From NCBI RefSeq assembly GCF_964355755.1, contig NC_092676.1:10021888-10085887 (forward strand): a DNA stretch of 64,000 bases, read 5' to 3'. This document shows positions 1-11,576 of the stretch, piece after piece; position 1 is the first letter of the stretch, and the number at the start of each line of letters is the position of its first letter. The position numbers were made by a program, and so were the translations under genes. The notes under the pieces were generated by a model, which was given only the letters and a program-made list of their open reading frames with translations, had not been told where the DNA came from and did no database searches. This stretch comes from Antedon mediterranea. Lineage: Eukaryota; Animalia; Echinodermata.

Positions 1-594
1 AAAACAAGGCCATATTCATGGCTGCAGTCGCGCGCTGAAGTTAGTTAGTGTTTACCGACCAACCGACCGACATAGTGAGCTGTAGAGTCTTGTTGCACGC
101 GACTAAAACATTGTTTCGTGCATTGCCAGGTTTCAGAACAAGAATATTTTAAACATTTCATGACAATATTGAGTTTACAATGGAAATTATATGAATGAAT
201 TATAATGAATGTTTATGATTTGGATAAATAAAAACATTCATTATTTCACTACTATTGTGATCTTTTGTGCGGTAGTATTATCTTTAGACGGATTCTCTGA
301 AAACTTTCTAATGAATAAACTATATTATATTCTTTTGACTTCTTATAAATTAATATTTTTTTATTATTTTTCAATATGTCCAAGGTGTACAGTAGTAAAA
401 TTATCAAGTGTTTAACCAAATGTTAAAGATGAATTATCCCCCAAAAATAAGAAAAATGAAGATTAATTAAATCATACTTTGAATAGGTTATTTTGTAGTT
501 TAAATTAAGTTTTAAAAACGGGGGGAAATGGATGGATGGATAAATTTAACCAAAAATTCATTGGCTGGCAGCCAATTTGACAATTGTTTGCTTT

Positions 595-1698
595 GAATTA
601 GATGAGCTAGGTGCCAATATCTGACTATTTAAGTGTTTTGGGGGTCACTTGAAGTCAATGAAAATGGGAGTCTGTCGGGTACCCACTGCTAGACCGGGGG
701 ACCCGAAACGTGCTAATAAATCGACCCAGATGAGAGAGATACCACTTAATTTTACCACCATGGGATGCCCATTGGCATCCTTATACCAGTATCACAAACG
801 ACATACTTTTTCTCTGCTGCAAAAGGCCCGCCAGACCCCCTGAGGGAGGGCCTAAAAGGGGGTTAGCATAGATGAGTGAGGTACCACTCAAAATTAATGC
901 CAAATGAACAAGTTGTGTTCATACAATACTAAATAGATAACAACAGACTAATTGTCTGCTGCACCGCAAGTGCCAGACACCCTATAGTTAGACTAGAGAC
1001 CCCCCTTCCCTCAACTAGCCCAGCTTAGATAATGTAGATACCACCAGCAACCAATGTTATATGATTTAGCACATTGTATGAAATACCAAATTACCTTATT
1101 ACAGACTATTTGTACACTGCCTTGGTCCTGACAGACCCCTCTAAAGTTAGACTAGAGACACCCCTTTCCCCAACTATCCCAGCTTAGATATTGTAGATAC
1201 CACCAGCAACCAATGTTATATGATTTAGCACATTGTAAGCCATACAAATGACCTATTACAGACTATCTGTACACTGCCTTGGCCCTGGCAGACCCCTCTA
1301 AAGTTAGACTAGAGACCCCCTTTCCCCAACTATCCCAGCTACCAAAGCTATATGACTTAGCACATTGTAAACAATACCAAATGACCTACAGACTATCTGT
1401 ACACTGCCTAGGCCCTGGCATACCCTTCTAAAGTTAGACTAGAGACCCAATTTACCCCAAGTATAGCCTACCTTAGATATTGTAGATACCAACAGCAGCA
1501 AAAAAAAAAACACCCAAAACAACATGTTTAATTGAATAAAGTTTAACTTTAATCGAACTAACACAAAACAATTGAAAATATATCACATCAATGACGATAA
1601 AATGACCATTACCATTCTAAAGAGAAAAATAGTTTAAGAGTTTCATTTAAAACTTATATAAGCCAAATATATATAACAAGTACGGATTTGGGTAAATT
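595..1698. repeat. Left arm of a ~1.1-kb inverted repeat (foldback-like element) containing about four internal ~140-bp subrepeats
   Basis: Reverse complement of 9571-10792, e.g. GATGAGCTAGGTGCCAATATCTGACTATTTAAG at 601 vs CTTAAATAGTCAGATATTGGTACCTAGCTCATC near 10757-10789. Subrepeat motif AAAGTTAGACTAGAGACCCC recurs over 980-1500. No TSD found. Confidence 0.85.
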
Positions 1699-2947
1699 TA
1701 GCATTCCTAGCCTTTGTATGTCAAAGATACATTCGTCTGTAACTCTTGGACCTACTTTAAGAGAAAGCTTAGTAATCACCTTAATCAAATTCAGGATTGT
1801 AGTAACTTAATCTAAAGTGATTTGATTAATTAATAGTGGGAATTTTTAAATGCTGTATATTATAATCTTAATTCTGTATTCATATTTATATATATTCATA
1901 TAGATGCGTTGAGGCTGCAAAAGTGCTCAATTGGAATCAAGAGCGAATATTTAAGATGGAACACGGACGTCTATTACACTGTGTTTCACATTAAACGATC
2001 TTCAGATAAGACTGAACAATACCGTATATCGATCGAAAAAAATATTTAAAAAAAATTATATATATTATATATATTTTTTTTATGTAGTTTATTTATGTAT
2101 ATATGTAGTACTGTATCTATTAAAAAAGGTACTTGAACAAAATTAGTATAATCTTTTACAAAAATGCTTGTCAGCTCAATGAGATCCAAATTGGCAATTG
2201 CCGCAAAATCCTCACTGAGTTTGACGTTGAAATTCACTCTAGAACTAAGAAGTTAAAAAGAGAACTTCCTGCATCCGAGTTTCAAAACAAACTCAGGATT
2301 ATTGCCATTGACTGCCATAAGCAATCAACGGTAATGGCCTGAAGGGGACGCGATTTTTTTTTTCGTACATAAGTTGGGGACCCCCTCATGAAACGTCACA
2401 AAATAAACATGAATAATTCATCAGTTAAATGTGTTGTTCCGTGTGCACCCAAGCGTATAGCAACAAGAAGCGATTACACAACTGCGATACGATACTTTCT
2501 ACAGTAGGTCTAGGATTCTAACGCCCGTATTCTTAAACCGGATTTTAGTCGTAGTTCGAGCTAAAACTTTAAAAATGACGTCATTTTAATTCATAAACCG
2601 AACTACAACTAAATCGCCGACTAATTCAGGCCAACCTCGACTAAATCGAGACGGATTTTGATCGATTTTTTTAGTCCTGGATGGGGCAGACTAAATGGTC
2701 GACTAAATGGTTTTTAAACGATGTTTATAAAAAAGGTGTCGTGAATAAACGTATCACTTTTGTTGCATTTTGAATTATGAAATGTCTAGTTTTTTATTAG
2801 CTCATTACAATATTATTTTATATTTATTTTGATAATGCAAATTGGGGTTTTTTAACACCGTGTCATAAATGGCTTTTTTTGTAATGTTGAAGTCCGACTT
2901 AACTTGGTTAAGTTGGACTTTATTTTGATCCGCCATTTTTAATAACC

Positions 2948-3988
2948 ATGGCGAGGCAATTCAACGCCCGTGTTCAGCGATATGATCGCTTAAATTATCG
3001 TGAAATTGAAGTAATAAGAGATCGTTCAAACCCCCTATTTGATTATGACGATTCCCAATTCGTCCAAAGGTATCGGGTTTCTAAAGAGATTATTGTTGAA
3101 TTGTTAGGAATTCTTGATTTACGTAAGGATACAAGAGGAGGTGGTGGTCACCCAACAATACCACCGTTGTTAGAGGTTTGCGTAGCCCTACGCTATTTTG
3201 CTACTGGAACATTTCAGTTAATGCACGGGGATGCAAAAAACATATCGCAACCTACCCTTTCCAGAATAATCGCAAAAGTTTCTCGAGCTTTAGCACAGGA
3301 GAATAGAAGGTGGATTGTGTTTCCAACGGGTGATGGCAGAGATATCGTTCAACAAGGATTTAGGGCGATTGCTGGTTTCCCTAATGTAATCGGATGTATC
3401 GACTGCACGCACGTACGGATACCTTGTCCAGGTGGACAGGAAGCCGAACTATTTCGGAACAGAAAGGGATATTTTTCTATAAATGTCCAAGTTATAGGTG
3501 ACCATCGTCTAATGATTAGAGACATTGTGGCTAGATGGCAAGGGTCCGTGCACGACTCTCGTATTTTTGAAAATAGTTTAATTTGCGAAGAATTTGAACG
3601 TCGAGTACACAACGGTGTGCTACTTGGAGATTCTGGTTATGGGTGCAAGAGGTACCTCCTGACACCAGTTATCAATCCTGATAGGAGGCCTCAACAGAGG
3701 TACAACCGGTCCCAAATTAGAACCAGGAATTCAGTTGAGCGGTTGTTTGGGAACTGGAAGCGTAAATTCAATTGTTTAAATTATTTACGCTTAAAGCTTG
3801 AAACAACCCTAACAACCATAGTTGCTGTAGCTTGCCTACACAACATCACCATTATAAGAAATGTAGAATTTATACGGGATGATGTAGATATTGAAATCGA
3901 TGAAGAAGTTAATGGTGATGAAAATGTAGAGGATGCATTAGCTGGTAGAGTCTACAGACAAGCTATAATCGACCAATATTTTACATAA
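2948..3988 (+). CDS. Harbinger DDE transposase (HARBI1-like), 346 aa, intact single-exon ORF
   Basis: Motifs LRYFATG, GCIDCTH, NRKGYFSINVQ, WQGSVHDSRIF, LLGDSGY, RNSVERLFGNWKRKF and LHN, with the D/D/E catalytic residues present. Confidence 0.95.
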   Translation: MARQFNARVQRYDRLNYREIEVIRDRSNPLFDYDDSQFVQRYRVSKEIIVELLGILDLRKDTRGGGGHPTIPPLLEVCVALRYFATGTFQLMHGDAKNISQPTLSRIIAKVSRALAQENRRWIVFPTGDGRDIVQQGFRAIAGFPNVIGCIDCTHVRIPCPGGQEAELFRNRKGYFSINVQVIGDHRLMIRDIVARWQGSVHDSRIFENSLICEEFERRVHNGVLLGDSGYGCKRYLLTPVINPDRRPQQRYNRSQIRTRNSVERLFGNWKRKFNCLNYLRLKLETTLTTIVAVACLHNITIIRNVEFIRDDVDIEIDEEVNGDENVEDALAGRVYRQAIIDQYFT

Positions 3989-5126
3989 GGACACCCGTCA
4001 TCAAGGTACGTCATAAACATTGTAACATAATTTCCCTCTTCCATCATCATGCTTGTGTTGGAGTCGACGACGAACGAAGCACACATGCATGTTACTCTCC
4101 TCTGTACATTGTGTAATTTAATAGCAATACATTTTGATATGAACAACGTGAAAAGTTAAATTTTGGATAGATTATACTGTAGTATCATATTCTTATGTGT
4201 AAGTACAGTAAAACAATTATAACGTTACCAGTAATCAAAAGAGGCAGTTTGCATGTCATGAGAGCTAGCATGCTAACTAGAGGCCTAGCCTACCTAGGCA
4301 TCACACTACCTCAAAAGGCCTTCTACTACTCTGGATAGATATATGCATAGCTTAGGTCCGGACTACGTCTAGGCCTAGTAGTAGATATTCTCAGAGAGGT
4401 GTACTAGCCTCTATTGAGGTTAAAATGTTCGGCCTGTAAATAAAGCACAATAGCTAGAGTACTAGCCTACTACAGACTACCTAGCCTAGTTACTACTAAT
4501 GAATAATTAATTAATAACATAACATACTACTAGGAGGGCCTACTAGTAGAGGCTATATGGGCCAACTAGCCTACTATACTAATAATTATTAATAACATAC
4601 AAAATAGAATAGTAGGACTAACCCTACTTATAAATACAATACACTTTAATAAAATTATAATTAACCTAGCCTAGGCCTAGGTAGTGTAGGTTGAATTTGT
4701 TTATTCTATTGCAACTAAACTGCTTTCCTATATTATAATCTATAAATATATTAATATTAAAGAATAAATAAGGATGCATAAAATACTGAATAGGCCTAGG
4801 CTAGACTAGTTCAAGTCTATTTTTAAATCTTTAAATATTTATAAATAGGCCTAGGTAGGCCTAGTTGCAAAAACATGTTTTTTAAAATATCGATTTTGTG
4901 CAAATAATTATAAATACTAATTAATTAAATTTATACACAACTTATGTAATATGATTTCACAAAAGTATGATTTCAATTAGTTTTGTAATTATAATTATAT
5001 TAATTATTTAAGAATTTTTTAAATAAAGTACAGTATTAACAATATATTGTTTTTATTATTATTTACAACTTAATTATTATTATTTAGAACATATAAATTG
5101 CAATACTGTAGTGTATGTTGACTAAT

Positions 5127-6477
5127 TTATGATTCATTTAATTTTGCTTCTACCTTCCTTAATTTTAATTTCAATAATTGCACCTTGAAGTTGTGCTCGA
5201 TCAATGCATACTCCATTTGTTTATCCATCAACTCCATTTTTTTTTCATGCTCATTATTGGCATTCTGTAATTGTTGTTCAACTAATTGCATATTGACAAC
5301 ATGCTCATCTCTTATCATTTCATCATTTTTTTTCTTTTTTTTTGCAGGTTCCGTCAACTTAGAGATTTGTGGCATGGTACTGCAACCAGCTAGGCTAGTT
5401 ATCTCTTCATCCATAGACCCATCTTCTATTATAATTTTCTGTTGACCTATATCAACGGGAATTATCACTGTTGTACCTATATAAACAAAGAAAAGTAATG
5501 TTAATAATCTATTAACAATGTTCGTCGTGATGTTGCTTTTAAAGAACTTAATTAACTTTCAAAAACATTGTGCTTTATGTGATAAGATGCAGAATGTAAA
5601 TATTTGGCATACAGTACAGGTCAACTAAAATTATCAATGCAGGGGATGGCTGTTATATAGTGTACTTAAATGTGTATATATGAATGTGAACGATTACAGT
5701 ACATGGTACTGTATACTTTTAAGTGGAGGTGTACTCAGGGCTTTTCCTTATGTTATTTACTTCAGTATGGATGATATATGAATGTGAATGTAGGCATATA
5801 GAATAAATACCCTTGACTGGATGTACATCACAATAAGGTGCATAAATAAATGTAAATATCTTGCATACAACATGTATTCATCCTTCTTTGTTTAGTTACA
5901 TTATTTAAACAATAGTTGGTGACGATGAATGATGAAGTTTAAAGTATTGATTATATTGTCCTAGGCCTAGGCTAGTACTGCTGTAGCAGTAGGCCTAGAC
6001 CTAGGTAAGCTAAAATATATACAATTACGCCCGGGCTAATAATAAAGCTAGGTCCTAACTAGGCCATAGCCTAGCTAGGTTAGGACATGCAAGTATAAAT
6101 TATAACATACCATCGCTGTCAAAAATGTTTCCAAGTGAATGAAATTGCTGAGGAATAATTTCAGCAATTTTCATAGCCTCTTCCGAAGGCTCCGCTGGAG
6201 GTGGACCTCCGCCTGTTGCTTTTTTTTGGCGATTTGCCACTGCAACCTCTTTTTTAGCTTTGGCCTTTATATTAGCCCAGCATTTTCGCAGCTGAGCTGC
6301 CGACCGATGCTCAGATAACCCTGCAACTGTGTCGTTGAATTCTTGTTCAACAGCCCTCCATCCTTCGTTCTTTTTTTCTATCATTCTGAAATTATTTTCT
6401 TTGCATTCTAATGTACCCTTGTATTTTTCCACAAGGGCAACTAAGGTACATCGTTCGAATTCGGAAATTTTCGGCAT
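5127..6477 (-). CDS. Harbinger Myb/SANT-like DNA-binding protein, two exons (6477-6111, 5476-5127), 238 aa
   Basis: Exon 1 reads MPKISEFER..KNEGWRAVEQEFN..RSAAQLRKCWANIK..KATGGGPPP. Donor GTATGT at 6110-6105 and acceptor TTTATATAG ending at 5477 join in frame (phase 1) to the coiled-coil ORF ending at 5127. An alternative in-frame ATG lies at 6498. Confidence 0.88.
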
Positions 6478-9400
6478 TTCAATTTCACGGTGAAACATAA
6501 AAAAGATATCCTAGGCCTATCGCGGCGAATGTTTATATTTTGCGCTTCAGTAAATCCAGGGGCATATCCAGGGTCGTCGCCCTTCGTGAGATCGTCTGAT
6601 TGGTTATTTACTAGACGTATTGCACCAGCCGTTGTAACCTCGACTAGAAGCTCGACTTCATTAAGTCGAACTGCAAACTTCGACTACATCGTTTTTGAAT
6701 CGAATTTGAAGTAATAGCTCGAACTACGACTTTTCCAAGTCGAACTTCGAACTACGACTAAAGTAAGGTTTAAGAATACGGGCGTAAGTCAATTCACGCG
6801 ATTGCCTTCGCGCACTCTTCTTCACACAAAATGTGTCGAGTCGAGGCTAATCGACAGCTAGGCAAGACATTAAACTAAGTAGTAATTCATTGAACATAGC
6901 CCAAAGAAAGCTTAGACCCACAAGAATAAAGAATGTGTATAATTTGTGTACTGTATTTTTTTTAATTCTGCTATTTTATTATCAAACAATGCATGTGTAC
7001 TCAAAGGAACTTTAAAAATGCGCGTATATGAACACATGAGATGGGAAGATTGGACGAGAATAAAAACTGTATTTTTGTGTAATGTTTATTGTTTAATTTT
7101 GCTGACTATTACTCGGATTGTGTCATACCTATACACACACACGTCACACACACAGCTCTACTAGAATAGACATATGTTTAGAGACTAATAATTAGGCCTA
7201 GGCCTAATAGTATTAATAGAAACTATAATTTTAACACGTAATTCTTTAGTAATAAATTATATTAAAAACACTATCATAAACTAAAGGCTGATTATTTCGA
7301 CAATCCACACAAAACGCCGCTATTCTTCTATGAAATCGCACGCCGCAACAACAGCGCGGAGATAGGCCTAGAATCGTACCGCACTTGTGTAATCGCTTCT
7401 TGTTGCTATACGCTTGGGTGCACACGGAACAAGAACATTAATTAACTGATGAATTATGCATGTTTATTTTGTGACGTTTCATGAGGGGGTCCCCAACTTA
7501 TGTACGAAAAAAAAAATCGCGAAGGGGACATCACACATTTGGTCTACCTGCAACACCTCTGATTCAGTAGTTAAAATTAATTGTCGACTTTCTAAAGGAG
7601 AAAAAAAACGTCTTTCCCGAGGACCAAGGCAGGGCAGGTCGGCGCACAACAACTATCTTTGGATATAGAGTCTTTCTCCAAAAGATTACGATTACGTGAA
7701 TTTGTTGCTGATTCAGACAGCAGCACCACGCAACGTTAACAAATTTAAACCAAATAGTTCCTGGAATCCACCTAAAAATCGTTGTCCAGCTTTTGAAACA
7801 TTTATCTAGGCTATTGAGGAGGATGTACAAAACTACGTCCCGAGTTCAGATAAACGTGACAATCTTTCAAAACAAGAGAGGCAGGCCATTGCCAAGTTGC
7901 GTCAGCGTAATGATATCATCATTAAACCCGCTGATAAAGGTTCTGCCATTGTTGCATTGTTGGACATCAAATTTTATGAAGAGGAATCCTTAAAACAGCT
8001 AAACAATCCTCTTCATTATATATCGTAAACGGATCCCACCCCGGAAATTGCGGATAAGGTGGCCAAATCTGTTTCTGTGATGGTAAAAAAACACTCCATC
8101 GATCCTAAGATTGGACTTCATTTGGCACAGGTTCCAGTTCCAGGCAGATTTTATTTCCTACCTAAAATCAACAAAACAGGCAATCCTGGTAGACCCATTA
8201 TTTCGGGCAATGGCACTGCTACAGAGAAAATTTCTGAATATGGGGATGATTTACTTAGACCATATGTGACTAATCTCCCTTCATACATTCAGGATTCCAC
8301 GGACTTTATCCGCAAAATTAACCAAATTCAAAATTAACATAATAATTCTGTTCTGGCTACATTAGATGTTTCATCGTTGTATACTAATATCCCTCACGAA
8401 GAAGGAGCCGACGCATGTATTTTAAATTACAAACAAATTACAGGCAAAACGCCTACTAAATCTCATTTATGAGAACTGGTCATGTTGATTTTAACCAACA
8501 ACAATTTTATTTTTGGAAATGACCATTACCTTCAAATTCATGGCACAGCGATGGGCACAAAAATGGCGCCATCTTTTGCAAATTTATTTATGGGACAATT
8601 TGAGACCAAATTTCTGTCCCTCCAACCTAATAAACCACTTTTTTGGTTTTATTTATTTATTCAAGATCCAACAGTGTAAAGAAAAAACAGGATCACCATA
8701 AATAAAATATATATAGATACATTGACGACATCTTCATGATCTGGACCCATGGTGAAGGTAATTTGGAATTTTTTCTTCTCAATATTAATTCAGCCCACCC
8801 AACTATCAAATTTACAGCTACCAAATCCACTAGTAGCGTTGATTTTTTTTATCCGTAAACCCACGGATAAAAATATGTACCTGCTCCCTAGCAGTTTTCA
8901 TCCCAAACACTGTACTAAAAACATACCGAACTGTAAAGCATTACGTATCAGACATATCTGTTCTTCAGATTTAGATTTTCAGAATCGTACCGAAGAACTA
9001 ACCGGACATCTCCGGAATAGAAATTACAAGAAGGAATACATCGAAACTGCTATAAAGAAAGCAAAAGATATTTCTCGATGTCAAAGACTGACGTACAAAC
9101 TATGTCAGACAAGTTCGACCAGAGTGCCATTGGTCACAACCTATCGCCCTAGGTTGCCTCCATTACGGGCTATTAATTTATTGAGAAACATATGCCCATT
9201 CTACAGTCCACAGAACGTCTCAGAACTGCTTTTCCGGAACCACCCATTATTGCATTTCGTAGACCTCCCAACCTTCGTGATATATCAGTCAGATCCTAAT
9301 TTAATTGAAATCTCATATTCTAAAGAAACAGTTCATGTTCATTGATATTAAGTTATGTTTACACTATCAAACTAGTTTGACCAAAAAAAGTCACCTTTGA

Positions 9401-9570
9401 GGCAAATCTTGCAAAACGTGTTCATTGGTTGATTCTAATGAAAAAATTTAAGAGTAACCAAACTGGCCGCATTTTTAGGATAAGACAATCAATTACTTGT
9501 TTGACTAAAAACGTCATTTATCTCAAATAATATTTGTGAAACACAGTACGTCGGAGAAACCAAAAAAAAA

Positions 9571-10792
9571 ATTTACCCGAATCTGTACTTGTTATATATA
9601 TTTGGCTTATTTAAGTTTTAAGTGAAACTCTTAAACTATTTTTCCCTTTAGAATGGTAATGGTCATTTTATCGTCATTTATGTGATATATTTTCAATTGT
9701 TTTGTGTTAGTTCGATTAAAGTTAAACTTTATTCAATTAAATCTTGAAAGAATTTCATTTAGCTTCGATTTTGTATAGATGACAAATTTCGTTTTTGTAA
9801 AAGCACAAGTTAACGGAGTACTTACTCGAACGTTTCGATCTCTATCAGAGATCCTTCTCAACTGACTGCGGAGTGTTAATGCAGCTTGGTCATTCTTGAC
9901 GTCATCTGTTGATGACGTCGTACCTCATACTTGGGGTAAATGGGGTCTCTAGTCGAACTTTAGAGTCGAAATTTGTCATCTATATTCACTTAAACATGTT
10001 GTTTTAGGTGGTTTTTTTGTTGCTGGTGGTATCTACAATATCTAAGCTACCTCATACTTGGGGTAAATGGGGTCTCTAGTCGAACTTTAGAGGGGTATGC
10101 CAGGGCCAAGGCAGTGTACAGATAGTTTGTAGGTCATTTGGTATTGCTTACAATGTGCTAAATCATATTCATTGGTTGCTGGTGGTATCTACAATATCTA
10201 AGCTGGGATAGTTGGGGAAAGGGGGTCTCTAGTCTAACTTTAGAGGGGTCTGCCAGGGCCAAGGAAGTGTACAGATAGTCTGTAATAGGTCATTTGGTAT
10301 TGCTTACAATGTGCTAAATCATATAACAATGGTTGCTGGTGGCATGGTATCTACAACATCTAAACTGGACTAGTTTGGGGAAGGGGGTCTCTAGTCTAAC
10401 TTTAGGGTGTCTGGCACTTGCGATGCAGTTGTTATCCATTTAGTGTTGTATGAACACAACTTGTACATTTGGAATTAATTTTGAGTGGTACCTCACTCAT
10501 CTATGCTAACCCCTTTTTAGGCCCTCCTTCGGGGGGGGGGGGTCTGGCGGGCCTTTTGCAGCAGATAAAAAGTCTGTCGTTTGTGATACTGGTATAAGGA
10601 TGTCAATGGGCATCTCATGGTGGTAAAATTAGGTGGTATCTCTCTCATCTAACCGGAGTCGATTTTTTAGCACGTTTCGGGGTCCCCCGGTCTAGATGCA
10701 GGAGGGGGTACCCGGCAGACTTCCATTTTAATTGACTTAAAGTGACCCCCAACACACTTAAATAGTCAGATATTGGTACCTAGCTCATCTAA
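9571..10792. repeat. Right arm of the ~1.1-kb inverted repeat, carrying a ~250-bp insertion at 9742-9988
   Basis: Reverse complement of 595-1698. The left arm is uninterrupted at AACATGTTTAATTGAATAAA, whereas this arm is split at that point. Confidence 0.85.
9829..9861 (-). ncRNA. Degenerate Penelope-type hammerhead-like motif in a pLTR-like fragment
   Basis: Minus strand TTGAGAAG-GATCTCT-GAT-AGAGATC-GAAACGTT: perfect 7-bp stem II followed by GAAAC, with a non-canonical 5' core. Confidence 0.5.
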
Positions 10793-11576
10793 CCAAATGT
10801 CTCTAGGCTGCCGGTCTAATATTGTTTAGATCAAATTTTTGGTCAAAGTGGATAACTATTATGTGACATTACAATAGCATATTCAACAACAACATTTTGT
10901 TTAGGGGACAAACATCTTTAATGTTAATTTTACATTTTTTAATTAATTAATGTAGACTCGTTAAAATACATACTGGTGCTTCCTTCCTCCATTTGGAGTT
11001 GGGGCGTTTTGGGTTTGGGACTGAACGTGAATCTGGAAATTGTTTAATGCGTTGATCGCCATTCTGGACGACAAGTGCTTGTCTCTGCCAGATTTTGGTA
11101 GGAATTTCACAGGCTTTCAGATTGGAAATGTTATCACTATCACTTGCTTTTTATGCCCATCATACATTTTTATTTATCATATTTTTTAGTTTGCATATAG
11201 CATAGAGACTCGTCAACAACCATGTGACTAATAACAATTCTGCATTAAATGATATACTTAGATTAAAATTAATAACACTAACACTAGACAAACACTTAAT
11301 TATTTATGTCATTCTTGTTGAGAGGTTTTCGCTGTATAAATTAGTGAAAATAAATGTGGTGCGGTTCATAAGTGCACACAATTCGCGTGTCGGTGGTATT
11401 TACTGAATATTATTAAATATTAAAAAGTAGTAGTATCTACTGTAGATATCATTTAAAAATTAAATATTCAAAACCAAGTATTATAATAATAAGAGCAAAA
11501 ACATGCCAAAGGCAGCCATATTTCAGTGATGATAGAAAAGTTACTTTAGTCGTTGCGAAGAGCGTACGGTAATAAT

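Larger units (their letters stand above)
2522..6784 (+). mobile_element. Full-length autonomous-type PIF/Harbinger DNA transposon (4263 bp)
   Basis: TIRs CGCCCGTATTCTTAAACC...TTTAGTCGTAGTTCGA at both ends. TAA TSD at 2519-2521 and 6785-6787. Convergent transposase and Myb/SANT genes. Confidence 0.95.
2350..7520. mobile_element. Non-autonomous DNA transposon (Mutator/MULE-like MITE, ~0.9 kb without its nested Harbinger)
   Basis: ~150-bp TIRs starting GCGATTTTTTTTTTCGTACATAAGTTGGGGACCCCC (2350-2497 and 7373-7520). Perfect 9-bp TSD GAAGGGGAC at 2341-2349 and 7521-7529. Superfamily inferred from the 9-bp TSD plus long G-initiated TIR. Confidence 0.85.
2133..9565 (+). mobile_element. Degenerate Penelope-like retroelement (RT + truncated GIY-YIG), split by the insertion at 2350-7520
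   Basis: Fragments read IIIKPADKGSAIV (~7912), FYFLPKINK..PGRPIISG, LATLDVSSLYTNIP, YLQIHGTAMGTKMAPSFANLFMG, YRYIDDIFMIW (~8712), then CKTC..ITCLTKNVIYL..QYVGETK (~9410-9563). Many frameshifts and stops. Assigning 2133-2349 to the N-terminus is less certain. Confidence 0.85.

Noticed and set aside
1-110. Short repeat-like end (GTCGCGCGC...GCACGCGACTAAAA), and similar hairpin-started segments at ~16350-17160 and ~27290-27750
   Set aside because: They resemble Helentron/HINE-type non-autonomous repeats, but boundaries and family cannot be supported from this window alone.
2948-3988. Domesticated host HARBI1 gene
   Set aside because: Flanked by TIRs and a TSD and nested in other TEs, so it is a transposon copy.
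3349-5445. Short antisense ORFs over the Harbinger genes (also over the LINE ORFs elsewhere)
   Set aside because: Shadow frames of real coding sequence.
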